This document shows, piece by piece, positions 27,145 through 41,800 of a stretch of DNA of 44,544 nt. Origin of the DNA: Candidatus Hermodarchaeota archaeon (GTDB lineage: Archaea > Asgardarchaeota > Thorarchaeia > Thorarchaeales > Thorarchaeaceae); assembly GCA_048885865.1 (NCBI GenBank), contig JBHLLF010000023.1, positions 1 to 44,544 on the forward strand, read 5' to 3'. Below the pieces are notes generated by a model. It worked only from the letters and a program-made list of their open reading frames with translations. It was not told the DNA's origin and did not search any database. Both the position numbers and the translations under genes were made by a program. The number at the start of each line of letters is the position of its first letter. Within the stretch, counting starts at the first letter, position 1.

Positions 27145-27588
27145 CTAAATAGAATCAATCTCTTTGATCTTGTTTCTAACAATATCAGGAAGAGTTGTTC
27201 TCTTCGAAGACTCGTAATCATATACTACCATTTTGGATTCGCCAAGCGCAGCAATCCCCTTTGATTTGCTCTCGACAATATACTCCATAATGAATTGGGT
27301 TGGTTCGACAGAGGTTACACGAGTACCTACAGTTACTGTATCTGGATAGAACAGGGGTTTAATGAATTTAGCAGAGGTGCTAGCCAAAATTGGACCTATA
27401 GAATCCTTCTCCATGGTTTCAATGAACCCAATTTTCTCAAAATACTTGATACGTGCAGTTTCGAAGTATCTGAAGACTCTAGTGTTGTTCACATGTTTGA
27501 AAGCGTCCATATCTCCCCAAGCAACGGGAATCTCAACTTTGATGTTAAAACCATCTAATGACTTCATATTCAGCACTTCTGACTTCAA
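27145..27588 (-). CDS. Acyl-CoA thioesterase (4-HBT/hotdog fold)
   Basis: VAWGDMDAFKHVNN...YFETAR. Confidence 0.9.
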   Translation of the reverse strand: MKSEVLNMKSLDGFNIKVEIPVAWGDMDAFKHVNNTRVFRYFETARIKYFEKIGFIETMEKDSIGPILASTSAKFIKPLFYPDTVTVGTRVTSVEPTQFIMEYIVESKSKGIAALGESKMVVYDYESSKRTTLPDIVRNKIKEIDSI

Positions 27589-27592
27589 TGTT

Positions 27593-27621
27593 TCAAGAGT
27601 AGCGTTCTTGAATGCTAGACC
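27593..27621 (-). pseudogene. Decayed tRNA-Asp fragment (D-arm 3' side plus anticodon arm)
   Basis: 24/29 identical to 27001-27029; all five mismatches fall in the anticodon loop. Confidence 0.6.
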
Positions 27622-27739
27622 TTGCTAATATTGCGTTAAACATTGTTATATTATAACGGATTATCGATGATGAAATCTTGAGTATCCATCTTATCATCGA
27701 TGGATGAAGGGTGTAGCTGGTTAGGCGAGGTCATTTGAA

Positions 27740-28528
27740 ATGACAATGGGATCTTCAAAGAAAAAAGGTGCTGTCGTACTAATTGTGACTCTTCTTGCTA
27801 TCGGAACTCTGACCCTTGCGATCACATATCCAACAGGAATGGAAGGAGTCCGCGTAGCTGTCTATAATGATAGAGGTGCTTTGTCATCTAGTTCCACAGC
27901 ATTGCTAAACATGTTCCGTTGGATGCATGCAGAAGCCAACTATGTGAATTCAACTGAGATTCAACAGGGTGTGCTTGATGGATATGATATAATCGTCTTT
28001 CCCGGTGGCTCGGCCCTGGATTATTATAACTACCTTGATACCCTAGGCAGGAATGCAGTCATAGACTTCATTGCAGGGGGAGGATCCTACTTTGGTATTT
28101 GTGGAGGCTCGGTATTCGGGACTAACTACTATCTTGGCCTCTTCGACGGTCTTACAAGCGGTGCTGTGAATGGTACGGATACGAAGGTGATCCCAATGAT
28201 TGTGAACACAAATTCGACAGGTCCAGACCTTTCTAATGAGCCCTCAACGTATGAAATTCTTTACTGGAACTCAGGCTATTTCTACTCAAGTAATGCAACA
28301 TATATGTCAACAGTGATTCCAATCATACTCTATACGCAAAACAATGAACCTGCTATGATTGCCTGTAAGTTTGGAAACGGTACTGTATTTCTCTCATATC
28401 CACACCCTGAATATGAGGAGAATGGTGCGCTTGATGGGATTGACCAGTTTGACTATCACAACGATCCGGACTCTGAGTGGAATCTTCTCTTGAAGGTATC
28501 ATTATGGCTGGTGCAAGCTTCAGAATAG
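27740..28528 (+). CDS. Membrane-anchored/secreted BPL-N-like class I glutamine amidotransferase-fold protein
   Basis: N-terminal hydrophobic anchor, VFPGGS, YFGICGG, PHPE. Confidence 0.8.
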   Translation: MTMGSSKKKGAVVLIVTLLAIGTLTLAITYPTGMEGVRVAVYNDRGALSSSSTALLNMFRWMHAEANYVNSTEIQQGVLDGYDIIVFPGGSALDYYNYLDTLGRNAVIDFIAGGGSYFGICGGSVFGTNYYLGLFDGLTSGAVNGTDTKVIPMIVNTNSTGPDLSNEPSTYEILYWNSGYFYSSNATYMSTVIPIILYTQNNEPAMIACKFGNGTVFLSYPHPEYEENGALDGIDQFDYHNDPDSEWNLLLKVSLWLVQASE

Positions 28529-28641
28529 ACTCTTCTTTGACATATGGAGTTCCCTGAATACGCCCGAGAGATGTCAGATAGCACTGCCGTATTCAATTTG
28601 CTCGAATGAAGAGGGCCAATTTTGGAGAAAAACTGCGAAAA

Positions 28642-30129
28642 TCAAGTCTGTTCTTGTTCTATCGAATCCAGTTCCTCAAGTTTCTGCTCTATTTTCCTGC
28701 GGAGTGTCTTCACTCCGGGTGAGTCTGAGATGGCAAGAGCGTTCTTCAATGTGGTTTGTGCCATTTTATGCTCACCAATTTGAGTCTGGTATGAGGCTTT
28801 TAGAATTGCATGCTGTATTTGGACTCCGGGATAGTCCTTTTCTACAGCATGTTTCTCTAGTCGTTTCATCCAAGGTCCGGAATTTTCCTTGTCTGAGCCG
28901 GGAATGGGTGTATCCAATCCTTTCAAAATCTCACAGCGTGTAAGAGCCATCAAACCCATATTCACATGAATCTGAAACTGTGGGTCGGCTAGATTTAGAG
29001 CTTGTTCAAGGGTTGCTTCTGCATTGTTCAAATCGCCGTCTGCCAATTCATACAGGCCTTTCGCATACAAGTAATCCCCCATCACTTGATCATCGCCGCT
29101 TTTCATTGCACCATTGCGAGCCAGTACTAGATGTCTTGCCGCATTTTTTAGCTGCCCTTTAAGGACAAATGCATTAGCTGCTGCAGCATGAAGTACAGAC
29201 TCGTCGAGTCTGTGCAATTCGGCCTTTGCCTCAAGCCACTCCAGTGCTTGTTCAGACATCTCAAGAGTACAGTAAATTCGTGACACGATTAAAGCAGGTG
29301 TGACCTGGACATCATCACTAAACCGTGATTTTGCCTCGAAATCCTTGAAAAGAAAACTGAGTGCCAAATCATATTCTCCCAAGGCCTCATAGCAAAGTGC
29401 CGTCATTAATGCCACATTTCTTACTGCGTCAAACTCGGTTAGTCGAATTGCGAGCATAGAATATATCTCGTCATACAATTCAAGCGCCTTATGCACATCA
29501 GAGTCCTTGAGTGCGTTCGCTTTCTGAGCCAGTGAACCAGCCGCGGAGAATACATCGTCGTATTCATCAGCAATCCTATGCGCTTTTTCCCATGCCTTAA
29601 TTGCATCTTCAGCGTCGCCCTGTATCCGTAAGTCATAGCCCTCTCTATCATAGATGTAACTCATAAAGCGCTGCAAATCCCGATTGCTATCAATAATGGT
29701 CCTAGCTGAATCTAGGTAGTGAGAACGAACTGGTTCCGGGGCCATATAGGTCGCAGCCATGTATAGATGAACGAGTATCCAATCATCTGGATTTGACGAT
29801 ACTGCCTGTTTCATTGCAGCCTCAAGATTTTCCAGTTGAGCGTCGGCGAGAGTATCATAAGTATCCCCCCTAAAGAATACCAAAGGCTTCGTTTGAACAC
29901 TTTCTTCTAATCTTGCTTGCATCATCTTCCAAGTGTCTGGATATGACAAGGCTTGGATCAACGAAAACCAGGCAAAATCAGAATCCATAGGATAGTCATC
30001 CGCAGCTTCTACAAGACTCTGCACAAAATCATAGTAACTCAGAGCGTCTTCCACTAGTCCTTCAACAATTTTCTTTGTTTATTGGCTAAGAAAAGGATAG
30101 AACATTGTGATGCTTCCAAAAGGCTCCAA
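28642..30129 (-). pseudogene. TPR-like helical repeat protein with in-frame TAA near the N-terminus (or intact CDS starting at 30054)
   Basis: Frame continues upstream as TTG-EPFGSITMFYPFLSQ*TKKIVEGLVEDAL; TAA at 30079-30081; TPR-like helices downstream. Confidence 0.6.
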
Positions 30130-30457
30130 TTAATCCAACGACTCCTGACCAGCCTCGTGAATACGCAATCCTAAGAGAAGAATCTAGCGGTCTAAGGACA
30201 AACAGGGAATGAGAATCATTTCAGCGCAATGCTTTTTACCGTGAAAGGCACTATAATGTTCAGCTCACCCAAGCTGGAATAGATGATACTCCATCTTTCG
30301 TTTTATGGAAAGGTTTTTATCAAGACAGAATCCCGTGCGGATTGCCCAGACAGCATTGCTTCCCATTTACGCATGACCATGTATCACGCTGTTGACAAGT
30401 CATGAGACCATACAACGGCACAATTTATCGGTGTTATACTTGGTCTTGCGCAGGTAA

Positions 30458-30564
30458 GGGCTCGTGGCGCAGCTAGGTAGCGCAGCAGGCTTTTAACCTG
30501 ATGGCCGCGGGTTCAAAAGATCACGAGAGTCCCTCGTTATCTGGTACTCCCGCCGAGCCCGCCA
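30458..30564 (+). tRNA. tRNA-Lys(TTT) with 30-nt intron in the T-loop (probably 59/60; 30518-30547)
   Basis: Acceptor gggctcg/cgagccc, anticodon loop cttttaa, T stem gcggg/cccgc enclosing 37 nt that fold as a relaxed bulge-helix-bulge. Confidence 0.9.
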
Positions 30565-30605
30565 CATCCCTCTGTCATATGGAAGTTTGTTGTTTGTGCA
30601 AAAGC

Positions 30606-30695
30606 ACGGGGCGGCTATTGCAAGCATTGGGTGAGCTCGGATTTTCTGGGTTCATGCTTGGGAAGCGTAGCGAGCAGTAGTTCCCCCGTCCCACA
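30606..30695 (+). ncRNA. Candidate long stem-loop RNA between tRNA-Lys and rpo2
   Basis: acgggg/ccccgt, ggctattgc/gcagtagtt, aagca/tgctt, tgagctcgga/tctgggttca; ACA 3 nt downstream. Confidence 0.45.
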
Positions 30696-30713
30696 TAGTC
30701 ACGGTGTTGTGAT

Positions 30714-33700
30714 ATGGCAACAGACACAGAAGACACGGGAAAGTATTGGCCGGTCATTGAGGCATTCTTTGACCACTACGGCCTAGTAGGTCAGCATCTC
30801 GACTCGTTTAACCGATTCATTAGGGAGGAGCTCCAGCAAGTGGTAGACAGTGTTGCAAGGCTCAATCCAAAGGTCGAGGGCTATCATGTGGAGCTAGGGG
30901 ACATCACTGTCGAGGCTCCATCAGTAAGGGAGGCAGACGGAAGCGAACATCCTCTGTATCCCAACGAGGCCCGAATCAGGAACTTGACCTACGCTAGCAA
31001 GCTCTACTTGGACATGACCCCAGTCCGAAAAGAAGGGTCAATCTCCACTCGCATGGAAACCATGAGAATCTACGTAGGAGACATGCCGGTGATGCTACGC
31101 AGCGAAAAATGTCTCTTGCATGGCATGTCTGCGGAAGAGCTGATCAAACATGGCGAAGATCCAAAGGACCCTGGTGGCTACTTCATCATCAACGGTTCTG
31201 AACGGGTTCTAGTGACTCAAGAGGATTTGGCGCCGAATAGGATTCTGATTGAGGAGGCAAGTAAGAGCTCAAGCTACACTCACATTGCAAAAGTGTTTTC
31301 GACTTCCCGTGGGTTCCGTGCACCCGTTACAATTGAGAGGAAACGGAGTGGTGAGCTCAGGGTTTCATTCCCATCTGTACCAGGAAAGATTCCTCTAGCC
31401 ATACTTCTGAAAGCCCTAGGTCTAGAGTCGGACAGAGAGATTGTTGATGTAATATCTGATGATGACGAGATTCGAAATGAGCTCATCGTCACTATAGAGC
31501 AGTCTGCCCCCATCAATGCCCCGCGTGATGAGGAAGATTCCTCCACTAGAGATAATGCCCTAGACTTCATTGGTAAACGGGTTGCAGTCGGCCAAACAAA
31601 GGAGTACAGACTTGCTCGTGCTGAGAAAGTTCTCGATAGGTATCTTCTACCACATATTGGTACAGAGGACACCCATCGTCTTCAGAAGGCCTACTACCTG
31701 GGTCAGATGGTTGAGCGACTTCTAGAGCTAGTTCTGTCAAAGAGGCAGCAAGATGACAAAGACCACTACGCCAACAAGAGACTGAAGCTATCAGGCGACC
31801 TGCTGATGTCACTATTTAGAGTTGCACTCTACTCTCTGACTCGTGATATCAAGTACCAGCTGGAGCGAACAGCAGTCCGTGGTCGGAAACCCAACATTCG
31901 CACTGCAGTAAGAGCAGACGTCATCACCCAGAGGCTCAAGCATGCCTTAGCAACAGGTAACTGGGTAGGCGGAAAAGCCGGTGTATCACAACTACTTGAT
32001 CGAACCAACTACATCTCATCACTATCACACCTACGAAGGGTGGTTTCACCACTCTCACGTTCACAGCCTCACTTTGAGGCACGAGACCTTCACTCCACAC
32101 ACTGGGGGAAGATCTGTCCAAACGAAACCCCTGAAGGTCCTAATTGTGGACTTGTCAAGAACATAGCAATGATGGCCTACATTTCTGTAGGGACAGAAGA
32201 AACTTCCATTGAGAAGGCCCTCATCAAGGCGGAGGTCCAGGGAATCGAGAAACTCCGAGGAAAGAGAGGCACAAAAGCTGCTGATGTCTTCCTCAACGGA
32301 CGACTTGTAGGAGTACATCCTGCCCCTCAAGTCCTTGTGAAGACCATGCGACAGAAGCGTCGAGCCGGAGAGATTGATCCTGAAACCAACATTGCCTACT
32401 ATGAGAACACCCACGAAGTACAAGCCAACTGCGATGCTGGTCGTGTCAGACGACCACTGATAGTCGTAGAGAACGGCAAAAGCAGACTCACAGACGAGCA
32501 TCTACGAATGGTCATGGATGGTGAGTGGGGCTTCATGGACCTCATGAGGAACGGTATCGTCGAGTTCCTTGATGCGGAGGAAGAGGAGAACACCCTCATT
32601 GCAATGTATCCGCATGAGATCGGGCCCAACACCACACATATGGAGATTGAGCCTGCAACAATTCTCGGTATCTCTGCAGCATTGATTCCATTCCCAGAGA
32701 GAAACCAGTCACCACGTAACGTGTACATGGCTGGAATGGCAAAGCAGTCTGTAGGTGTGCCAGCATCAAACTTCAGGTATCGTGCAGATACCCGTTCACA
32801 CTTCTTCCATTACCCTCAGATTCCATTGGTGAAGACCAGAGCCATGGACTCGATAGGCTACGAGGAGCGACCGGCAATTCAGAACTTTGTGGTCGCAATC
32901 CTATCCTTCGAGGGCTATAACATTGAAGACGCCCTCATCATGAATAAGGCATCTATCGAGCGTGGACTTGGAAGGAGCACCTTCACCCGTGTATACGAGA
33001 GCGAGGAACGCAAGTACCCAGGTGGACAGGAGGACCGCTTCGAAATCCCTGACCGCAGCGTCAGAGGCTACAGGGCTTCAGAATCCTACCGCAACCTAGG
33101 CGAGGATGGTGTAATCGAAACCGAAGTAGAGGTAATGGGCGGTGACGTTCTCATAGGCAGGACCTCTCCACCACGATTCCTCGAGGAGTACTCAGAGTTC
33201 GACATAGCATCACCCAACCGCCGAGAAACCTCAGTAGCTGTGCGTCATGGAGAGTCCGGCGTAGTAGACAGCGTCATCCTAACTGAAACCATCGATGGCA
33301 ACCGACTGGTGAAGGTCAAGGTTCGCGATTTGCGTATACCCGAACTCGGCGACAAGTACGCATCCCGACACGGTCAGAAGGGAGTCATTGGCTATATTGT
33401 CCCACAGGAGGATGTTCCATTCACCGAGGACGGAGTAGTTCCCGACCTTCTCGTCAATCCTCATGCCATTCCAAGTCGGATGACCATTGGTCAGATTCTA
33501 GAGATGATCGCTGGAAAGGCAGCCTGCATGGCAGGTAAACAACAAGACGGAACGCCATTCAGTGGTGTTCAAGAGGATGAACTTTTCGCCATTCTGCAAG
33601 AACATGGTATGCAGCATACCGGTAGAGAGGTAATGTACTCGGGAATAACCGGCGAGAAGATGAAAGTGGACATCTTCATTGGAATCGTTGCACAGCAGAA

Positions 33701-34084
33701 ACTGCATCACATGGTGGCCGACAAGATTCATGCTCGCGCACGAGGTCCAGTACAGATTCTTACCAGACAGCCCACCGAGGGTAGGGCCAGAGAGGGTGGC
33801 CTACGATTCGGAGAGATGGAGCGTGACGTGCTCATTGGCCATGGCGCAGCCATTCTGCTCAAGGGCAGGCTCCTTGATGAGTCTGACAAGAGTAACATGC
33901 TGGTCTGCGAGGAATGTGGGCTCATTGGAGTCTATGACCGGAATAAGGACCAATATTATTGTCCAATATGCGGCAGCAACGCGAAAATCAGTAGCGTTGT
34001 GGTGTCGTACGCATTCAAACTTCTCATACAAGAGATGATGTCACTCGGCCTGGCCGCCAGGCTGCGTTTGAAGGAGATGATCTA

Positions 34085-34085
<1 letters not shown>
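30714..34085 (+). CDS. rpoB: RNA polymerase subunit Rpo2 (B), unsplit
   Basis: GGYFIINGSERV, ETPEGPNCGLVKN, GDKYASRHGQKG, GGLRFGEMERD. Confidence 0.98.
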
Positions 34086-38111
<4,026 letters not shown>

Positions 38112-38177
38112 ACCTCCACTACGGAAACGTTAAAACAGAACTCGAGTAGACGCAAAAACACAACGAGGTCATGACAA

Positions 38178-38471
38178 TTGAGCCTAAATCAGCCAATAGC
38201 TAGCGCAGTGAGCACCGGCGAATGTCGAATCGGTGCCAAATCTTCCATTGACGCTCTAAAGACTTCAGAGGCGAAGGTAGTTGTTGTTGCAGCCAACTGC
38301 CCACGCAACGAATATGAAGATATTGAGAGATTTGCTTCACTTTCAGGCATTAAGGTCCTGAAGTTTGAGGGGACCTCATGGGACCTTGGAGAGGTTGTGG
38401 GGAAGCCCTTCATGGTGTCAGCCATTGCAGTGATTAAACCAGGTGACTCAAAGATTCTGAAGATGGCATGA
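38178..38471 (+). CDS. rpl30e: 50S ribosomal protein eL30
   Basis: AANCP, GTSWDLGEVVGKPF, PGDSKIL; operon position. Confidence 0.93.
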   Translation: MSLNQPIASAVSTGECRIGAKSSIDALKTSEAKVVVVAANCPRNEYEDIERFASLSGIKVLKFEGTSWDLGEVVGKPFMVSAIAVIKPGDSKILKMA

Positions 38472-38481
38472 GGCGGTTCAA

Positions 38482-38910
38482 TTGGTCAAACTCTCCATGG
38501 AGGACATGGCGCTCATAGCTACTTTTGAGCGGATAACAGGTGCCTCTGCAGTAGATGTTGTTCGCGATGATGATGGTGAACGCCTAATCTTTGTTGTGAG
38601 AGAGAAGCAGTTGGGAAAAGCCATTGGTCGTGGGGGTTCCAATGTGAAGGCTGCGGCAGACACCTTTGGAAGGGCAGTTGATGTTGTGGAAATTGCTGCT
38701 TCTCCGGAGGAATTCGTGAAGAGTGCTCTTGCTCCAGCTAGAGTAGAAGAAGTGAAAATCATAATCCACAGGGACGGAAACAGGGTGGCTTCTGTTACTG
38801 TTAATTCTGAAGACCGTGGCATCGCCATTGGTCGAGATGGCCGTAATGTTGCTCGTGCTCGTATCCTAGCACGACGGCATTTTGATCTCACGAATGTTGT
38901 CATAGCCTAA
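38482..38910 (+). CDS. nusA: Archaeal NusA (two KH domains)
   Basis: KAIGRGGSNV and IAIGRDGRNV. Confidence 0.95.
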   Translation: MVKLSMEDMALIATFERITGASAVDVVRDDDGERLIFVVREKQLGKAIGRGGSNVKAAADTFGRAVDVVEIAASPEEFVKSALAPARVEEVKIIIHRDGNRVASVTVNSEDRGIAIGRDGRNVARARILARRHFDLTNVVIA

Positions 38911-38980
38911 AAGATTGAAGGCGGCAGTGAACTGGGTTCTTATTAGTATTCCAGAGAGTGTTTTCTAGGAGATTCCATAG

Positions 38981-39154
38981 ATGATTGTGAAGAATGAATG
39001 GTTGATCCCGTTGGGCGGCATCTGTCTGGCGGTGGCACTTCTCATAGACCGTTTTCTCCCAGAGAATGAAATTCTATCCTTCGTAATGGGCATACTGATT
39101 GGGCTATCAATTACCCTGAATCTGGTTGGTCTGTACAGGTCTAGAAATGGATAG
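38981..39154 (+). CDS. 57-aa two-helix membrane protein (not in ORF track)
   Basis: Hand translation MIVKNEWLIPLGGICLAVALLIDRFLPENEILSFVMGILIGLSITLNLVGLYRSRNG; aggag SD upstream. Confidence 0.65.
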   Translation: MIVKNEWLIPLGGICLAVALLIDRFLPENEILSFVMGILIGLSITLNLVGLYRSRNG

Positions 39155-39289
39155 CAGAAGTGTCCAGAAACGCTATTTCGGGCAGTTGCATTTGACAATG
39201 CTTTTAAGGAAACTCTAGTCCGAAGCCGTGGCCACCAATAGTGAACACCATACATGGTGGACCCATCATCAACAAAGAGGAACATTACC

Positions 39290-39733
39290 TTGTCACGAGG
39301 AAAGAGCCCCCTGGGCGAGTTTGCAGCGAGACCCCTTGTTAGGAAACGCAAGAGGTTTCGGTGGAAGAAACCATCCTACAAGAGGAGAGTACTCAAGCTC
39401 AGGCAAAAGACTGACCCATTAGAGGGCGCTCCGCAGGCCGCGGGAATTGTCTTAGAGAAAGTCGGGATCGAAAGCAAGCAACCCAACTCTGCTATCAGAA
39501 AGGCTGTACGAATCCAGCTCTCAAAGAACGGTAAGCAGATCACAGCGTTCATTCCTGGTGATGGGGGCCTCAAGTACATCGATGAACATGACCAAGTGCT
39601 CGTTGAAGGAATCGGTGGTGCAATGGGTGGTGCAATGGGAGATCTTCCAGGTGTCAGATGGAAGGTCGTAAAGGTCAACGGTGTGGCCCTAGAGAGCCTC
39701 ATCTATGGCAAGAAAGAGAAACCAATTCGTTAG
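39290..39733 (+). CDS. rps12: 30S ribosomal protein uS12 (start refined to TTG 39290)
   Basis: [27 protein letters not shown]. Confidence 0.97.
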   Translation: MSRGKSPLGEFAARPLVRKRKRFRWKKPSYKRRVLKLRQKTDPLEGAPQAAGIVLEKVGIESKQPNSAIRKAVRIQLSKNGKQITAFIPGDGGLKYIDEHDQVLVEGIGGAMGGAMGDLPGVRWKVVKVNGVALESLIYGKKEKPIR

Positions 39734-39739
39734 GTGGTC

Positions 39740-40411
39740 ATGATGGCTGAAGAAGAGAAGACTGAGGCTATTGAGGAGGAAACTCCACCAGAGTCCGAGC
39801 CAGAGCCACATGTCGCTCCTGATCTATTGCTCTTCGGAAAGTGGGACTCAACAGAAGTCGAAATCAAGGACATTGGTCTTGCACGGTACATCTCCCTAAA
39901 GCCGGTCCTGATTCCTCATACTGCAGGTAGACACGCTCACAAAAGATTCCACAAGAGCCACGTTCCCATAGTGGAGCGTTTCGTCAACAAGCTGCTCAAT
40001 GCTGGCAGAAGAAAGGACAAGAAGACTCGCACAGGTCGAAATGCCGGTAAGAAACTAAACGCTATCCACACTCTGAAGCGAGTCTTTGAGATTATCGACT
40101 ACCGAACAGGTCTCAATCCTATACAGGTCCTTGTAACCGCCATCGAGAACTCGGCTCCCTCTGAGGAAACCACTCGTATATCCTACGGCGGAATGGCATA
40201 CCCACGGTCGGTCGATGTTGCTCCTCAGAGAAGAATCGACCTTGCTCTCAGGTATCTAGCCGTGGGTGCAACTCGTTCCGCTCACAAGAATGCCAAGTCC
40301 TTTGAAGAGTGCTTGGTTGATGAACTCCTTCTAGCATACAAAGGCGATCCGGCCAGTTTCGCAGTAGCCAGAAAGGAAGAGCGCGAGAGAGTAGCACGCT
40401 CAGCACGGTAG
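39740..40411 (+). CDS. rps7: 30S ribosomal protein uS7
   Basis: PHTAGRH, NPIQVLVTAIENSAP, VDVAPQRRID, KEERERVA. Confidence 0.97.
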   Translation: MMAEEEKTEAIEEETPPESEPEPHVAPDLLLFGKWDSTEVEIKDIGLARYISLKPVLIPHTAGRHAHKRFHKSHVPIVERFVNKLLNAGRRKDKKTRTGRNAGKKLNAIHTLKRVFEIIDYRTGLNPIQVLVTAIENSAPSEETTRISYGGMAYPRSVDVAPQRRIDLALRYLAVGATRSAHKNAKSFEECLVDELLLAYKGDPASFAVARKEERERVARSAR

Positions 40412-40525
40412 GCTCAGCAATGCATTTTCAATTTCTATTCACTAGTGATTACACCGTTTTCTATCAGAAAGTGATTTAGTCAGGCTCATGAAGCTCCAAA
40501 AACAGCAGACACAGAGGAACTGAAT

Positions 40526-41425
40526 ATGTCCAAACAGACCTATGCATGGTTGGCGGTACTCATCATCACAGTGCTGTGGGCATCATCTCTGATTCTGGCA
40601 AAGATTGCGTTTGTGGAACTAACACCAATCACTTTCGTGGCGCTTCGATACACTCTGGCCTGTCCCTTTATCATTCCTGCGGTACTCATCACGAAGCGAA
40701 ATCAGGACTCATCAAACAACCCACGCAAGCAGTGGAAACTCCTCGCAGCAGCTGGACTTGCTGGTCCATTCTTGTCCCAAGTAATGCAATACATAGGTCT
40801 CAATATGACGACAGCTAGTGATGCAGTACTTCTGGTTAATTTCACTCCAGTTTTTGCTGTGATACTTGCAGCGGCCTTTATTGATGAGAAACTCACTTTT
40901 GCCAAGCTCATCGGTCTATTCATGGCAACTCTTGGTGCAATCATGATAGTGTTCAATCCCGCTTCTGTAGACCCTATCATTAGTCCAACAAGGGTGATGG
41001 GTGGCATCATCATTCTTGCCTCTACATTCTTCTTTGCTGTCAATGGAATCATGGGTAAGGTAGCAGTGAAGTCTGTGGACTCTGTGAGCGTCACATTCTA
41101 TAGCACTCTTGCCGCCGTTCCGTTTCTCTGGCTGTCTGTAGTTATATTCGAGGATCTGTCAGCGCTATTGGCACTCAGCATCCAATCATGGGTGATTGTC
41201 CTGTGGGTTGGGATTGTGAATACAGCATTTGCGTTCATACTCTACTACGAGTCTATGAAGTACATCGAGGCTTCCAAGATTCAGATTGCACTGAACTTGA
41301 TTGGTGTCTGGGGAGTTTTGATGTCTATTCCGTTCCTTGGCGAAACGATCTCACTACTCCAGATTCTAGGAGGAGCGGTGACTATCATTGGTGTCATAAT
41401 GGTACAGAGGGATCGAACCCGGTGA
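40526..41425 (+). CDS. DMT/EamA family transporter
   Basis: About 10 TM helices in two EamA-like repeats. Confidence 0.9.
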   Translation: MSKQTYAWLAVLIITVLWASSLILAKIAFVELTPITFVALRYTLACPFIIPAVLITKRNQDSSNNPRKQWKLLAAAGLAGPFLSQVMQYIGLNMTTASDAVLLVNFTPVFAVILAAAFIDEKLTFAKLIGLFMATLGAIMIVFNPASVDPIISPTRVMGGIIILASTFFFAVNGIMGKVAVKSVDSVSVTFYSTLAAVPFLWLSVVIFEDLSALLALSIQSWVIVLWVGIVNTAFAFILYYESMKYIEASKIQIALNLIGVWGVLMSIPFLGETISLLQILGGAVTIIGVIMVQRDRTR

Positions 41426-41447
41426 CTGGTAGCACGGGCTATCGAGT

Positions 41448-41792
41448 TTATCTGTTGAGCAAGGCAAATCCAGTTCCCTTTACTACTGAAACACCATCGA
41501 ACATACCTATTGGGCTCTTTCTTGTGTTTTTTCTCCTCTCAGGAGGCAATGACATCTTCACTCGTGCCCCGTATATCCTTGCATAAATCACGTCAATAAG
41601 GTAGACCTCGGCAAAGATGACAACGATTGATAGTCCTGGATAATACAATATAGGAATTATCAGAACTCCCATAGTGATCAATCCAATAAAAGCTTCAAAG
41701 TACCTGCGCGACGCATTGAATGCAGCTATTGATAATGATGCTCGAGTCTGAGTCACTGGCTTCGGTTTAATAAGATTGAATTTCGACATCAT
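41448..41792 (-). CDS. Small membrane protein, tandem paralog 2
   Basis: ASRRYFEAF...YARIYGARVKMSLP core shared with the neighbour. Confidence 0.8.
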   Translation of the reverse strand: MMSKFNLIKPKPVTQTRASLSIAAFNASRRYFEAFIGLITMGVLIIPILYYPGLSIVVIFAEVYLIDVIYARIYGARVKMSLPPERRKNTRKSPIGMFDGVSVVKGTGFALLNR

Positions 41793-41800
41793 AAATCACC

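Noticed and set aside
30079-30081. Possible Sec/Pyl readthrough in the TPR gene
   Set aside because: The codon is TAA, not TGA or TAG
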